DNA from: an uncultured delta proteobacterium
GTDB lineage: Bacteria; Myxococcota_A; Polyangia; Haliangiales; Haliangiaceae
Assembly: GCA_963848295.1 (NCBI GenBank)
Contig: CAWKDB010000010.1
Span: forward strand, 3,552,001-3,616,000
Reading direction: 5' to 3'
Length of the DNA stretch: 64,000 nt
Shown here: one piece after another, positions 28,189 to 39,065 of the stretch
How positions within the stretch are numbered: position 1 is the stretch's first letter
How the letters are laid out: the number at the start of each line of letters is the position of its first letter
Notes under the pieces: model-generated
Database searches by the model: none
What the model was told of the DNA's origin: nothing
Seen by the model: the letters and a program-made list of their open reading frames with translations, nothing else
Translations under genes and position numbers: made by a program

Positions 28189-29514
28189 ATGCTCAACGTG
28201 AAGCTGAATCCATGGATCTCTCGCGGGCTCGTGGCGGCGATCGCCGCCGGCGGGATCGTCGCACTTATCGTGACCAAGCCTTGGGCGAGCGGTGAAGCGC
28301 CGGTCACGTTCTCGACCGTCACGGTTACCAAGGGCTCGATCGCGGCACAGGTCACCGCGAACGGCACGCTGTCGGCGCGCACGACCGTCCAGGTCGGCGC
28401 CCAGGTCACCGGCCGCGTGGTCGAGCTCCACGCCGACTTCAACGATCACGTCACGAAGGGCGAGGTGATCGCGAAGCTCGACCCGAGCGTGCTGCGCGCG
28501 CAGATCCAGCAGGCGCAGGCGAACCTCGATCAAGCGGTCGCGAACCTCGCGAAGGCGCGCGTCGCGGAGATGGACGGCAAGCGCCAGTACGACCGCCAGG
28601 TCAAGCTGCGCGAACAACAGCTCGTCGCCGACCTCACGGTCGAGACCGCCGAGGTCACCTGGAAGAGCGCGGTCGCGAACACCGCGTCGATGGTCGCGCA
28701 GGTCGAGCAGGCGAAGGCCTCGCTCGAGCAGGCCAGGACGAACCTCGGTTACGCGACCATCACCTCGCCGGTCGACGGTACCGTGCTGACCCGGTCGTAC
28801 GACATCGGCCAGACCGTGCAGGCGTCGTTGTCGGCACCGACGCTGTTCACGATCGCCGAGGACCTCGGCCACATGCAGATCGATACGTCGGTCGCCGAGG
28901 CCGATGTCGGCCGCTTGCAAGACAAGATGAAGGCGACGTTCTCGGTCGACGCCTACCCGGGCAAGACATTCGACGGCATCGTGCGCCAGGTTCGCAACTC
29001 GCCGACGACGGTGTCCGGGGTCGTGACCTACGACGCGGTGATCGATGTCGACAACGAGAAGCACGAGCTGCGCCCGGGGATGACCGCGAACATCACGTTC
29101 GTGCTCGATCAAGTCGCCGACACGATCAAGATCCCGAACGCCGCGCTGCGGTTCAAGCCGACGCGCGACCAGATGATGGCGATCCGCGAGCGGTTTGGCG
29201 GCGGCAAAGGCAGTGGCAGCGGTCGTCACCACCACGATGGCTCGGACTCGGGCGACGGTGGCGCTCCTGCCATCAAGATCGACGGCAGCAGCGGCGCCTC
29301 GGGCGGTGGCATGAAGATGAACTTCGGCGACAAGAAGCCGGTGTGGAAGCTCGTCGATGGCAAGCCGAAGATGGTGCTGATCAAGCCGGGGCTGACCGAC
29401 GGGACGTCGACCCAGCTCATCGAAGGCGAGCTCGAGCCCGGCGACCAACTGATCACCGAGATCATCGGTCTACCGACCGCCCCTGCGAACAAGCGCAAGG
29501 TCGGAGCTTTCTAG
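28189..29514 (+). CDS. MacA-like efflux periplasmic adaptor subunit
   Basis: VGAQVTGRV, ADFNDHV, ITSPVDG, GQTVQASLSAPTLF, VAEADVG, LRPGMTA. Confidence 0.92.
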   Translation: MLNVKLNPWISRGLVAAIAAGGIVALIVTKPWASGEAPVTFSTVTVTKGSIAAQVTANGTLSARTTVQVGAQVTGRVVELHADFNDHVTKGEVIAKLDPSVLRAQIQQAQANLDQAVANLAKARVAEMDGKRQYDRQVKLREQQLVADLTVETAEVTWKSAVANTASMVAQVEQAKASLEQARTNLGYATITSPVDGTVLTRSYDIGQTVQASLSAPTLFTIAEDLGHMQIDTSVAEADVGRLQDKMKATFSVDAYPGKTFDGIVRQVRNSPTTVSGVVTYDAVIDVDNEKHELRPGMTANITFVLDQVADTIKIPNAALRFKPTRDQMMAIRERFGGGKGSGSGRHHHDGSDSGDGGAPAIKIDGSSGASGGGMKMNFGDKKPVWKLVDGKPKMVLIKPGLTDGTSTQLIEGELEPGDQLITEIIGLPTAPANKRKVGAF

Positions 29515-29518
29515 TGCC

Positions 29519-30229
29519 ATGTCGGCGCTGATCGAGATGCGCGACATCGAGCGGACGTACGTGATGGGCGACAACCTCGTCCACGCGCTGCGCGGCGTCG
29601 ATCTCGTGATCGACCAAGGCGCCTCGATCGCGATTGATGGGTCCGTCGGGCTCGGGCAAGTCGACGATGATGAACTTGATGGGCTGCCTCGACGTGCCGA
29701 GCAAGGGCAGCTACCACCTCAACGGCAAGGACGTGTCGCGGCTGTCGCGCGCGCAGCTCGCCGAGGTCCGCGGTCACATGATCGGCTTCGTGTTCCAGAG
29801 CTTCAACTTGCTGTCGCGCACGACCGCGCTCGAGAACGTCGAGATGCCGCTGATGTACCAAGGCGTGCACGGCCGCGAGCGGCGCCGGCGCGCGTTACGT
29901 GCGCTCGAGCGCGTCGGCCTGGCAGATCGCGCGGATCACCACCCGAACCAGCTGTCCGGCGGTCAGCAGCAGCGCGTCGCGATCGCGCGCGCGCTCGTCG
30001 GCGAGGCACCGGTGATCATGGCGGACGAGCCGACCGGCAACCTCGACTCGAAGACGTCGTACGAGGTCATGGCGCTGTTGCAAGCGCTCGTCGACCAGGG
30101 CAAGACCGTCATCCTCGTCACCCACGAGCCCGACATCGCGCAGTACGCCTCGCGCGTCGTCACGCTCAAGACGGCCTGATCGTCGAAGATCGCAAGCAGA
30201 CGCCGCTGCGCGCGGATCAAGCGGCATGA
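29519..30229 (+). CDS. MacB/LolD-type ABC ATP-binding protein (+1 then -1 compensating frameshifts)
   Basis: HALRGVDL / [38 protein letters not shown] / DGLIVED; shifts ~29634 and ~30170. Confidence 0.9.
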   Translation: MSALIEMRDIERTYVMGDNLVHALRGVDLVIDQGASIAIDGSVGLGQVDDDELDGLPRRAEQGQLPPQRQGRVAAVARAARRGPRSHDRLRVPELQLAVAHDRARERRDAADVPRRARPRAAPARVTCARARRPGRSRGSPPEPAVRRSAAARRDRARARRRGTGDHGGRADRQPRLEDVVRGHGAVASARRPGQDRHPRHPRARHRAVRLARRHAQDGLIVEDRKQTPLRADQAA

Positions 30230-31457
30230 GCTGGATCACCACACTGCGGCTCGCGATCCGCGCGATGTACCGCAACCTCGTGCGTACGGTCCTGACGATG
30301 CTCGGCATCGTGTGCGGGATCGCGCGCCGTGATCGCGATGGTGTCGCTCGGCCGCGGCGCGCAGCAATCGGTGCGCGACGTGTTCACCGGCCAAGGGACG
30401 AACGTGCTCCAAGTCTTCAACGGTTCGGTGCCGACGAACGGCGCGGCCGGCGGCCTGGGCTCGCGGCAGTCGATCACGTGGGAGGACCTCAAGGCGCTGA
30501 ACAGCGGCGAGATCAGCACGATCAAGTGGGCGGTCGCGGTGCTGCAGACGCACGTCCAAGTCGCGTCCGAGGAGCAGAACTGGCTGACCTCCGTCGTCGG
30601 CACGACCGCAGACTGGTTCAAGATCCGCAACTGGGCGGCGGCCAAGGGCTCGATCTTCGACGAGGACTCGAGTCAGAGCAACGCCAAGCTGTGCATCCTC
30701 GGCGCGACCGTCGCGGCGCAGCTGTTCCCGAGCTCCGATCCGATCGGCCAGACCGTGCGCATCCAAGGTCAGCCGTATCAGGTCTACGGCGTGTTGACGA
30801 GCAAGGGTGCCGGTCCGATGGGCGACATGGATGACCTCATCGTCATCCCGATCAAGACGTATCAACAGAAGCTCTCGAAGGGGCTGGCGAAGTACATCCC
30901 GGGCCAGATCATGGTGTCGATGCAGCAGGACGATCAGGCCGATCACACGATCGCGGCGATCACCGCGCTGCTGCGCGATCGCCACAAGCTCGACACGACC
31001 CAGGACGACGATTTTCGCATCCGCAACCCCGCGGATCTGGCGAAAGCCGCGCAGGACTCGGCGACGCGGATCTCGATCTTGCTCGCGATCGTTGCCGGGG
31101 TGTCGCTGTTCGTCGGCGGCATCGGCGTGATGAACATCATGCTGGTCAGCGTGATCGAGCGAACGCGCGAGATCGGGATTCGGATGGCGGTCGGCGCGCA
31201 GTCCGATCGACGTGATGACCCAGTTCCTCGTCGAAGCGCTCGTGCTCGCGATCGTCGGCGGTGCGCTCGGCATCGGCTTGGGCTACATCGCGGCGAAGTA
31301 CGGCGCCGAGTACTTCCACTTCAAGATGTTCTTCCCGGCTTCGATCGCGGCGCTCGCGTTCGGAGTCGCCGGTGGGGTTGGCGTCGTGTTCGGGTTGTAT
31401 CCGGCGATCCGCGCATCGCAACTCGATCCGATCACTGCGTTGAGGTACGAGACATGA
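30226..31457 (+). CDS. MacB-type ABC permease (two +1 frameshifts)
   Basis: RTVLTMLGI.. / AVIAMVSLG, VGGIGVMNIMLVSVIERTREIGIRMAVGA / QFLVEA, FGLYPAIRASQLDPITALRYE. Confidence 0.9.
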
Positions 31458-32918
31458 AGTCGCTAGTCGGTCTGTCGTGCATCCTTGTCGTCGCGTCGGG
31501 CGTCGCGCTCGCGCAACCCGGTATCACCTCGCCGCCGCCTCCGGCGCCGACCGCTGGCAGTGGCTCCGGCAATGCGCCGGCGCCGACCCCGGGCGCCGGT
31601 TCGGGCTCGGACGAGCAGCCGCAGTGGCTGCCCGGAATCCCGAACGTCACCGGCGAGGAGACCGCGCAACCCGGCAAGCTGTTGCTGTCGATGCAGCGCG
31701 CGGTCGAGCTCGCGTTGGAGCAGCACCCGACGCTGCGCCAGCAACAAGCGGCGGCCGAAGCGGCCTACGGTCGCGTCGCGCAAGCCGGCTTGCCGACGCA
31801 GCCGACGCTGACGCTCGCCGGCACGCTCGGCGCGTCGTCGCAACCGCAGAAGCCGTGCAACATCGGTGACACCGCGCTCAACTGCGGCGGGTTCGATACG
31901 CACCAAGAGTCGACCGGGTTGTCGGCGACCGCGGCGTGGAAGATCACCGATTTTGGTGTGACGCGGCTCAACGTCCGCGCCGCCGACCTCAACGCCGTCG
32001 CCGCTGACGCGGGCGTGAGCTCGACGAAGCTCGATCTCAGGCTCGCGGTCGAGACCGCTTACCTGCAAGCGATCGCGGAGCGTCGGCTCGTGGTCGTCGC
32101 CGAGTCGACGGTCAAGAGCGACGACGGTCACTTCGATCAAGCGAAGCGCTTCGTCGCCGCGGGCCAGCAGGATCCGATCGTCGTCGCGCAAGCGAGCGCG
32201 ACCCTCGCCGCGGCAAAATCGGCACTCGCGCAGGCCCAGAGCACCGAAGCGATCGCGCTGTCGAACCTGCGCGCCGCGATCGGTTGGATGGATCCGAACC
32301 GGACGGTCGTGATCGATGCGAACTGGCCGGTCACCGCCGAGGAACAACCGCCGGCGCTGCCGCAGCTCGTGGACTCCGCGCGCAAGCGCCGTCCGGAACA
32401 TCGTGCAGCTCGACCGGCTGATCGCCGCCGCGGACGCGAGCCTCGACGCCGCGCACGCGGAGCGACGCCCGACCTTGTCTGCGGTCGCCGATATCGATTA
32501 CGGACCGCAGACCGGCAACTGGTCGCCCCAGCCGTCGTGGGGCGCGGGCCTCACGCTGTCGTGGCTCGCGTGGGATGGCGGCAAGAGCCGCGCCGACGTG
32601 AAGGTCGCGATCGCGAACGAGCATGCCGCGATGGCGAACCGCGACGGGCTGCTGCTGACCCTGACCTCGACGCTCGAGTCGGCGCGCGCGCAGATCATCG
32701 CGAACCGCTCGGGGGTCCAGGCGTCGAACGAAGCGGTGATCTCGGCGCAAGCGGCGCTCAAGCTCGCGGAGGCGAGATACGCCCAAGGTCTCGGCAGCCA
32801 GATCGAGCTCGCCGATGCGCAGACCGCAGTGACGACGGCGCAAGGTGCGCTGGTCACCGCCGAGTATCAGCTCGCGACCGCGTGGGCGACCCTGCATCGC
32901 GCGGCGGGTGACATTTGA
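31454..32918 (+). CDS. TolC-family outer membrane efflux protein (+1 frameshift ~32399)
   Basis: Signal peptide; AVELALEQHP, RRPE/IVQ, ARYAQGLGSQIELADAQ. Confidence 0.88.
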
Positions 32919-33985
32919 CCGCGGTGCGGTTGACCGAGTACGCGCGCGGCGGCGGTTGCGCAGCCAAGCTCCGGCTCGGCGCGCTCAGCGGCGTGCTGTC
33001 CCGGATGGCGCCGAACGCGAGTCGCGCCGACCTCGTCGTCGATCATGCCTTCTCCGACGACGCCGCGGTCGTCAAGGTCGGTGCGGGTCGCGAGCTCGTG
33101 CTCACCGCCGACGTCATCGCCCCGCTGGTCGATGATCCCGCGACGTTCGGCGCGATCGCGGCGACCAACGCGATGTCGGACGTGTGGGCGATGGGCGGCG
33201 AGCCCCGGTTCGCGCTCAACCTCGTGTTCTTCCCAGACGACGTGCTCGCGATGGACGTCCTCGATCAGATCCTGTCCGGTGGCGCGCGCGCGTGCGCCGA
33301 GGCGGGCGTCGCCGTCGTCGGCGGCCATTCGGTTCGCGATCCGGAAGTGAAGTTCGGGTTATCGGTCACCGGCGAGGTCATCGCAGGCGCCGCGTGGACG
33401 AATCGCACCGCGCGACCGGGCGATACGTTGATCCTGACCAAGGCGCTCGGCACCGGCGTGATCAGCCAAGCGATCAAGAAGTCGATCGCGAGCGAAGCGG
33501 CGGCGAGCGCGTCGATCCGCTCGATGACGACCACGAACCAATGCGCCGCGCAGATCGGCCGCACCCACGGCGTGACCGCGGCGACCGACGTGACCGGGTT
33601 CGGCTTACTCGGTCACCTGCGCAACATCGTGCGCGGCTCGAACGTGACCGCGACGATCGACCTCGAGCACCTGCCGGTATTACCCGACGCGCTCGATCAC
33701 CTGCGCGCGAAGGTGTGTCCCGCCGGCAGCATCGCGAATCGCGCGTTCGTCGCCGCCGACGTACAGTGGCGCGATGGCAGCGCGCTCGCTCCCGAGCCGG
33801 CGGCCGATTCGCGGCTCGAGCTGCTCGCTTCGCTCGCGTGCGACGCCCAGACCAGCGGCGGCCTGCTGCTGTGCGTCCCGAGCGCGCGTGCCGCGGCGTG
33901 TGTCGACGAGCTGCGCTCGGCCGGGTTGCCCGCTGCGGCGATCGGCGAGATCTCGGCCGGCGCGGCGAAGATCATCCTGCGTTGA
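32915..33985 (+). CDS. selD: Selenide, water dikinase (Cys form)
   Basis: RLTEYARGGGCAAK, DDAAV, NAMSDVWAMGG, VGGHS, TDVTGFGLLGH, DAQTSGGLL; TTG start overlaps TolC TGA. Confidence 0.93.
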   Translation: MTAVRLTEYARGGGCAAKLRLGALSGVLSRMAPNASRADLVVDHAFSDDAAVVKVGAGRELVLTADVIAPLVDDPATFGAIAATNAMSDVWAMGGEPRFALNLVFFPDDVLAMDVLDQILSGGARACAEAGVAVVGGHSVRDPEVKFGLSVTGEVIAGAAWTNRTARPGDTLILTKALGTGVISQAIKKSIASEAAASASIRSMTTTNQCAAQIGRTHGVTAATDVTGFGLLGHLRNIVRGSNVTATIDLEHLPVLPDALDHLRAKVCPAGSIANRAFVAADVQWRDGSALAPEPAADSRLELLASLACDAQTSGGLLLCVPSARAAACVDELRSAGLPAAAIGEISAGAAKIILR

Positions 33986-33988
33986 ACC

Positions 33989-36190
33989 TCAGTGCGACCA
34001 GATCGCGAGCGCGATCAGCTTGCGGTGATCGCGCAACGCTTGATCGTAGCGCTGGTAGATCTCGTTCCACCGCCCGGCTTCCGCCGACGCGCCGGCGACC
34101 TGCAGCGACGCGCGGCGGGCGGCGGCGTGGAGCGCGACGCTAAACGGGAAGCGGGAGTCGAGTCGGAAGTGGTCAGTAGGCACCGACCAGACGAGCTGGC
34201 GTACGACCGCGTCGCGCCCGGTCTTCACCCGAGGCAACACCGACATGACGTCGATATCCTGCCACCACGGGTCCCGGCTGCCGAGCTGGTTCGCGAGCGG
34301 CCCGCCATCACCGCGCTCCGCGATCTCCAACGCGTGCTTGTACTCGTCGGCGGGGCCGAAGTACGTGCCTTTTGGCAACGGGTCGCCGCGCCGCAACAGC
34401 AGACCACTGAAACGGCGGAGCCAAAGCTCGCGCTCGTTGGAATCCTCCGACGGTATGGTGTACGAGGGCGTCGCGTCTGCACGGTAGAGGTCGATCATCG
34501 ACTCGAGCGTCGCGAGGTTCCGAAGGACGTAACGCCCGTTCGGGTCGGCCCCAACCGCGATGACAGCTTTCACGGCGTACTCGTGCGCCTCCGCAAGATC
34601 GCCGTCGATGACCGCGGCGACCGCATGCCACTGCTCGAGCCTCGTCTGCAAAGCCGGGTCGGTTCCCGCAGGCATCGAGGTCAGGCTCTTCGCGAGCCAG
34701 ATCACTGTGCCAAGCGTGTACGCATCAAAATCGTCGGGGCGTCCGAGCACCGCCGCCGTCGCCGCCGCGTCGATCCCATCGACCGGATCGCCGTAGCCAC
34801 CGATCCAGCGCAGCTGGTCGAGCAGGAAGTCGACGCCCGCCGAGCCGGTGTCGTGGAATGCGGCCCACGTAGGGCGCTCCGCCTCGGGCACGACCTCGAG
34901 CAGCTCCGGTATACAGGCCGCGCCGTCGGGCTTGGCCGCGAGCGCGCGTAACCTGTCGACCGCGCCGGTGTCACCGCCGTAGTCATGGAGTAGCTCGGCG
35001 AGGCACTCGTAGCTCCGGACGGTCACGGCTGATTTGCCGTCGGTATCGCGTTTGCGGACGTCGTCGGCGTCGCGGAGCGCAGCGGCGGCGGCCTCGTTCC
35101 AGCGTCCCGCGAGGACGAGCGTAGGACCGGTCGGCAGCGCTCCGAGCGTTTGCGTGCTCCCGTTACCCACCGTCTCTGGGACCGTGATCGCCACCGCATC
35201 TTCGAAGCGACCGAGCTCGACGAGCGCGATGTGCTGGTAGCGTCGATCGCCGCAACGCTTGGCGACGGTCAACAGCTCGTCGTACCGCTCGGCGTGATAG
35301 AGCTCGCCGAGCTCGCCGTCACAGCCGTCCAGGATCGCCGACAGCGCAAGCAACCGATCGAGTGACGCGCGATCGCGATACGGATCGCGCTCGAGCAGGT
35401 CGTGCAGGTGATAGAGCGCGCTGTCGCGAGAGCCTGGCATCGCGGCGGCGATCGCGCATGCGTGCGTGTTCGTGATCTCGCGCGGACTGTCACCGGGGCG
35501 GACCGACGCGTCTTCGCAACTCTTGCGCTCCACCGCGCCGAACGCCTTCTCGAGGCCCCAGGTGAACAGGCCAGACGCCGCTGCCAACGCGATGACGCTG
35601 AAGATCGCCAGCGGAGGCGTCGCGGCGTGCGGCGTCCGCGCAGCGAGCGCGATCGGCTCGCCTTCGGCCGCGCGCAACACGAGCGCACCTGCATCGGCGC
35701 GATAGTCGGTGGCTCCGGTGCCCGACGTGCGCTCGAGCCGGCCGAACGCGATCACGTCATCGCCGGGCGCGACCGACGCGAGCCTCGCGGTGACGACGTC
35801 GGTGGATTCCGCGAGCGCGGCCGGCGTCCCGGCCGGCAAGTGATTGCGCGCGGCACTGGCGCGGCTTGCAGCGATCACGCGGATCGCGCCATCGAGCTCG
35901 ACCTTCCCATCGGCGGTCTCGATCCACATCGCATCGGCCCGATGATCGAGCGTGTCGACCAACCGCGTCGGTCGCCGCGCGATCAAGGTCGCCGCGCCAC
36001 CACCGCCGAGCTTGCCGCGAACGACGCCCTTGTCGGTCTTGCGGTCGAGTGCAAGCGTCGCCCGGCGCGCGTGTCGGCGGGCTCTGGCTCGCTGGGCGAG
36101 CCGCACGAGCCCGAGCGTGGCGAGCGCGACCACGACGATCAGCAACTTCCAAACGAGCGGGCCGTGAATAACGAAGAATGGCAGTTCCAC
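33989..36190 (-). CDS. Large hypothetical membrane protein with helical (TPR-like) C-terminal region
   Basis: Two TM segments (LVWKLLIVVVALATLGLV; LAIFSVIALAAASGLFTW) then Cys-containing helical domain; start re-assigned to GTG 36190. Confidence 0.7.
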   Translation of the reverse strand: MELPFFVIHGPLVWKLLIVVVALATLGLVRLAQRARARRHARRATLALDRKTDKGVVRGKLGGGGAATLIARRPTRLVDTLDHRADAMWIETADGKVELDGAIRVIAASRASAARNHLPAGTPAALAESTDVVTARLASVAPGDDVIAFGRLERTSGTGATDYRADAGALVLRAAEGEPIALAARTPHAATPPLAIFSVIALAAASGLFTWGLEKAFGAVERKSCEDASVRPGDSPREITNTHACAIAAAMPGSRDSALYHLHDLLERDPYRDRASLDRLLALSAILDGCDGELGELYHAERYDELLTVAKRCGDRRYQHIALVELGRFEDAVAITVPETVGNGSTQTLGALPTGPTLVLAGRWNEAAAAALRDADDVRKRDTDGKSAVTVRSYECLAELLHDYGGDTGAVDRLRALAAKPDGAACIPELLEVVPEAERPTWAAFHDTGSAGVDFLLDQLRWIGGYGDPVDGIDAAATAAVLGRPDDFDAYTLGTVIWLAKSLTSMPAGTDPALQTRLEQWHAVAAVIDGDLAEAHEYAVKAVIAVGADPNGRYVLRNLATLESMIDLYRADATPSYTIPSEDSNERELWLRRFSGLLLRRGDPLPKGTYFGPADEYKHALEIAERGDGGPLANQLGSRDPWWQDIDVMSVLPRVKTGRDAVVRQLVWSVPTDHFRLDSRFPFSVALHAAARRASLQVAGASAEAGRWNEIYQRYDQALRDHRKLIALAIWSH

Positions 36191-36194
36191 TTGG

Positions 36195-36563
36195 CTAGCC
36201 CAGGAACGGTTCGTGACAGACCGCCTCGATGTTGTGGCCGTCGGGATCGAGCACGAACCCGCCGTAGTAGTGCTCGTGATAATGCGCGCGTGGACCGGGT
36301 GCGCCGTTGTCCTTGCCGCCGGCGGCGATCGCCGCATCGTAAAATGCGCGCACGATCGCGCGTCCGTTCGCGCGGAACGCGATGTGCGTCGACTGCTTCG
36401 GCGTCCCTTGCCCGATCCAGAAGTCGGGCTTGCCAGCGACGCCGAACCCGGCGAATTGCTCGAACTGCTTGAGCAGCTCGTAGCCGAGCGGCGCGAGAGC
36501 TTTCGTGTAGAACTCGATGCTGCGCTTGACGTCGCTTACCGTCACGCCGGTATGGTCGATCAT
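36195..36563 (-). CDS. VOC/glyoxalase family protein
   Basis: MIDHTGVTVSD, THIAF, GGKDNGAPGPR, YYGGFVLDPDGHNIEAVCH. Confidence 0.93.
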   Translation of the reverse strand: MIDHTGVTVSDVKRSIEFYTKALAPLGYELLKQFEQFAGFGVAGKPDFWIGQGTPKQSTHIAFRANGRAIVRAFYDAAIAAGGKDNGAPGPRAHYHEHYYGGFVLDPDGHNIEAVCHEPFLG

Positions 36564-36622
36564 GGCGGTACAGTAGACCAACAGCAGTCGAAACTGTGCG
36601 GGGTCTCCTGTAATGTCGCGGC

Positions 36623-37405
36623 GTGCGCTTAGCTCCGATCGTCGCGTGTGCGTTGTTGGTAGCTCCCGGTACCGCTAGCGCCGGCCGAACGTTCTACGGC
36701 TGGCTGTTCGGCAGCGAGGTCCTGCCCGAGCGCGGGGCCGAGCTCCAGACCTGGGTCACCGACGAGAACGATCTCTCGCACGAGAACAACGGTCGCGAGA
36801 CTCAGCTGTGGGTCGCGCCGCTGATCGGCATCACCGACAAGCTCGAGCTCGTGCTCCCGATCGAGATGCAGTGGACCCAGGATGCATCGCCGGGCAGCGC
36901 GCGCACGACGTTCTACAGCTACGGCGCAGAGCTGCGCTATCGGTTCGTCACACAGGATCCGGTCGACAAGCCGGCGTTCGCGCCGCTGATCCGGGTCGCG
37001 GTCAAGCGGCTGATCATCGATCGCGACGCACTGCAGCCCGAGGTCGATCTCGTCGCGTCGTACGACTTCAGCAGCTGCCTCCAGGCACTCGTCGACATCG
37101 GGTTGGTCGCGGACGTCAGCACGAACGGCAAGCACTTCGTCGACCCCAACACGATGGCGACCAGCGCCGCGCACTTCGAGCTCCATCCCGGTATCGGTGT
37201 CAGCGGTCGCGTCGTCGGCGATCTGCGGCTCGGCGGCGAATTTTACAGCGAGCTGGCGCTCGATAACTACGACGGCTCGTCGTGGGCGGTCGTCGGCCCC
37301 GACCTCGCATGGACGCACGGGCGGTCGTGGGTGAGCGCGACGTTCGGCATCGGCGTCTATCAGATCCGCGACGCGGGTCGGATCCAGTGGGGCATCGCGT
37401 TCTGA
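36623..37405 (+). CDS. Putative outer-membrane beta-barrel protein
   Basis: Signal peptide ASA-G; amphipathic strands; C-terminal IQWGIAF. Confidence 0.75.
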   Translation: MRLAPIVACALLVAPGTASAGRTFYGWLFGSEVLPERGAELQTWVTDENDLSHENNGRETQLWVAPLIGITDKLELVLPIEMQWTQDASPGSARTTFYSYGAELRYRFVTQDPVDKPAFAPLIRVAVKRLIIDRDALQPEVDLVASYDFSSCLQALVDIGLVADVSTNGKHFVDPNTMATSAAHFELHPGIGVSGRVVGDLRLGGEFYSELALDNYDGSSWAVVGPDLAWTHGRSWVSATFGIGVYQIRDAGRIQWGIAF

Positions 37406-38080
37406 TGCGCTTCGCGGTCGCCGCGATCGCCTGCGTGCTCGCGCTCGCGAGCGGCGGGATCGCGCGCGCGCAACCCGCGGGCCGCGTCGCCGGCAAGATC
37501 ACGATCACCGAGGCCGATGGCAAGCGGAGCACCGGCGCCGAGGCCGTGGTCTACATCGTCGGCTTCACCGAACCGCCCGCAGGTGGCGAGCCGGTCAAGA
37601 TCATGCAGCTCGACAAGAAGTTCGTGCCCGATCTCGTCGCGATCACCGCCGGCGACACGGTGTCGTTCCCGAACAACGACGGGTTCCTGCACAACGTGTT
37701 CTCGCAATCGGCCGCGCGTCGCTTCGATCTCGGCTCGTTCAAGAAGGGCGTCACGAAGCAGAAGGACTTCCCGGTGCAAGGCGTCGTCGACGTCTACTGC
37801 AACCTGCATCCCGAGATGGCCGCGACGATCCTCGTCGTGCCGAATCGCAAGCACACGCGGATCAAACCCGACGGCAGCTACGAGCTCGACGGCGTGCCGC
37901 CCGGTACATGGACCGTGTTCGCGTACACGCGACGCGCGACTCGGCCATCGAGCGCGAAGGTCACGGTCACCGCGGGCCAGACCTCGACCGTCGACTTGTC
38001 ACTCGCAGCGCGGCGCCGAGCCCGATCACCTGAACAAGTACGGCGAGAGATATCACGACGCCGGCCAGACCTATAACTGA
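37405..38080 (+). CDS. Secreted cupredoxin-domain protein (MauL/'methylamine utilization'-like) with beta-sandwich extension; +1 shift ~38004
   Basis: KFVPDLVAI, FPNNDGFLHNVFS, VYCNLHPEM (H,C,H,M type-1 Cu ligands); ends HLNKYGERY. Confidence 0.85.
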
Positions 38081-38166
38081 CTCGCGCATCGCGCCCTTGC
38101 CGTAGCGCACCCTCGCGGCCGTGCGCGCTGGAGCTGTGCTCGAGAGGTCCCTGCGCGGGGGCGCCG

Positions 38167-38964
38167 CTACGGGATCTGTTCCGAATAATGCTGCTGGACG
38201 ATCCGCCAGCCCGCCTTCTCCTTCTGGAGCACGAGCAAGGTCCGGTACGTCGTGCACAGCTGCGCCGGCGCGTCGACGGCGAGCGCGATCCACATCAGCT
38301 CGCCATCGGGCCCGGTGCCGGCGCGCGCGCCGAGCTCGTCGCCGGGCGTGAGCGAGTAGGCGCCGATCGCCCACTTCTTGAAGATCGACTTGATCGACGA
38401 CCCGCCCGTGAACACCTCGTCTGGCGCGCTGCCGATCACGAGCGCGTGCTTGTCGTCGGACAGCACCTTGACGAAGCTGTGGTCGCGCAACGCCTCCACG
38501 ACCGATCGCACCGGCGCTTCGAGATCCTTGGGCACGCTCGGCTTGATAGTCCACTCGTTCATGACCGCGCCGCACATCTCGACGACCCGGTTCGGAACCG
38601 CGACCGACCAGTGGGTGGCCGTCACCTGCCAGCCATCCGAGGTGAGGACGAGGAACGCACTCGCTCGCAGCGTGTCCTTGCCCGAGATGTCGGCGACGAG
38701 CCACGCCGACTTGCCGGTCTTCGAAGCGACGACGCTGGTGACCTTGACCTTTGCCTTGCCGAGCAACGCGCGCACGCGCGCCAGGTCCTTCGGCACCGGA
38801 TCGTCGTCGTGGTACGGCGTGATGAACGTATCGATCGAACGAGGGACGGGCTGGCTCGCCGCCACGGCGTCGACGAACGCGGTGAACGCCTTGGTCACGG
38901 CGGCGGTCGTGTCGGCCGCGGCAATCGACGGCGCGAGGAGCAGCGCGAGCAACGCGATCCGCAT
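38167..38964 (-). CDS. Secreted protein with SnoaL/NTF2-like repeats
   Basis: Signal peptide; two similar halves ending GWQVTATHWS and GWRIVQQHYS. Confidence 0.72.
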   Translation of the reverse strand: MRIALLALLLAPSIAAADTTAAVTKAFTAFVDAVAASQPVPRSIDTFITPYHDDDPVPKDLARVRALLGKAKVKVTSVVASKTGKSAWLVADISGKDTLRASAFLVLTSDGWQVTATHWSVAVPNRVVEMCGAVMNEWTIKPSVPKDLEAPVRSVVEALRDHSFVKVLSDDKHALVIGSAPDEVFTGGSSIKSIFKKWAIGAYSLTPGDELGARAGTGPDGELMWIALAVDAPAQLCTTYRTLLVLQKEKAGWRIVQQHYSEQIP

Positions 38965-39065
38965 CGAGCTATCGTACCGGGTCCGGGTCGTCCACGCGTG
39001 GATGTGCGGTCAGTCGGTTTCGTCGCCGACAGCGATCGCTCTCGCGCCAGCGCGCGATCGGCGGA

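Noticed and set aside
32915..32975. Selenocysteine recoding in selD
   Set aside because: The active-site codon is TGC (GGCAAK), not TGA; no in-frame TGA at a Cys-like position was noticed in other genes
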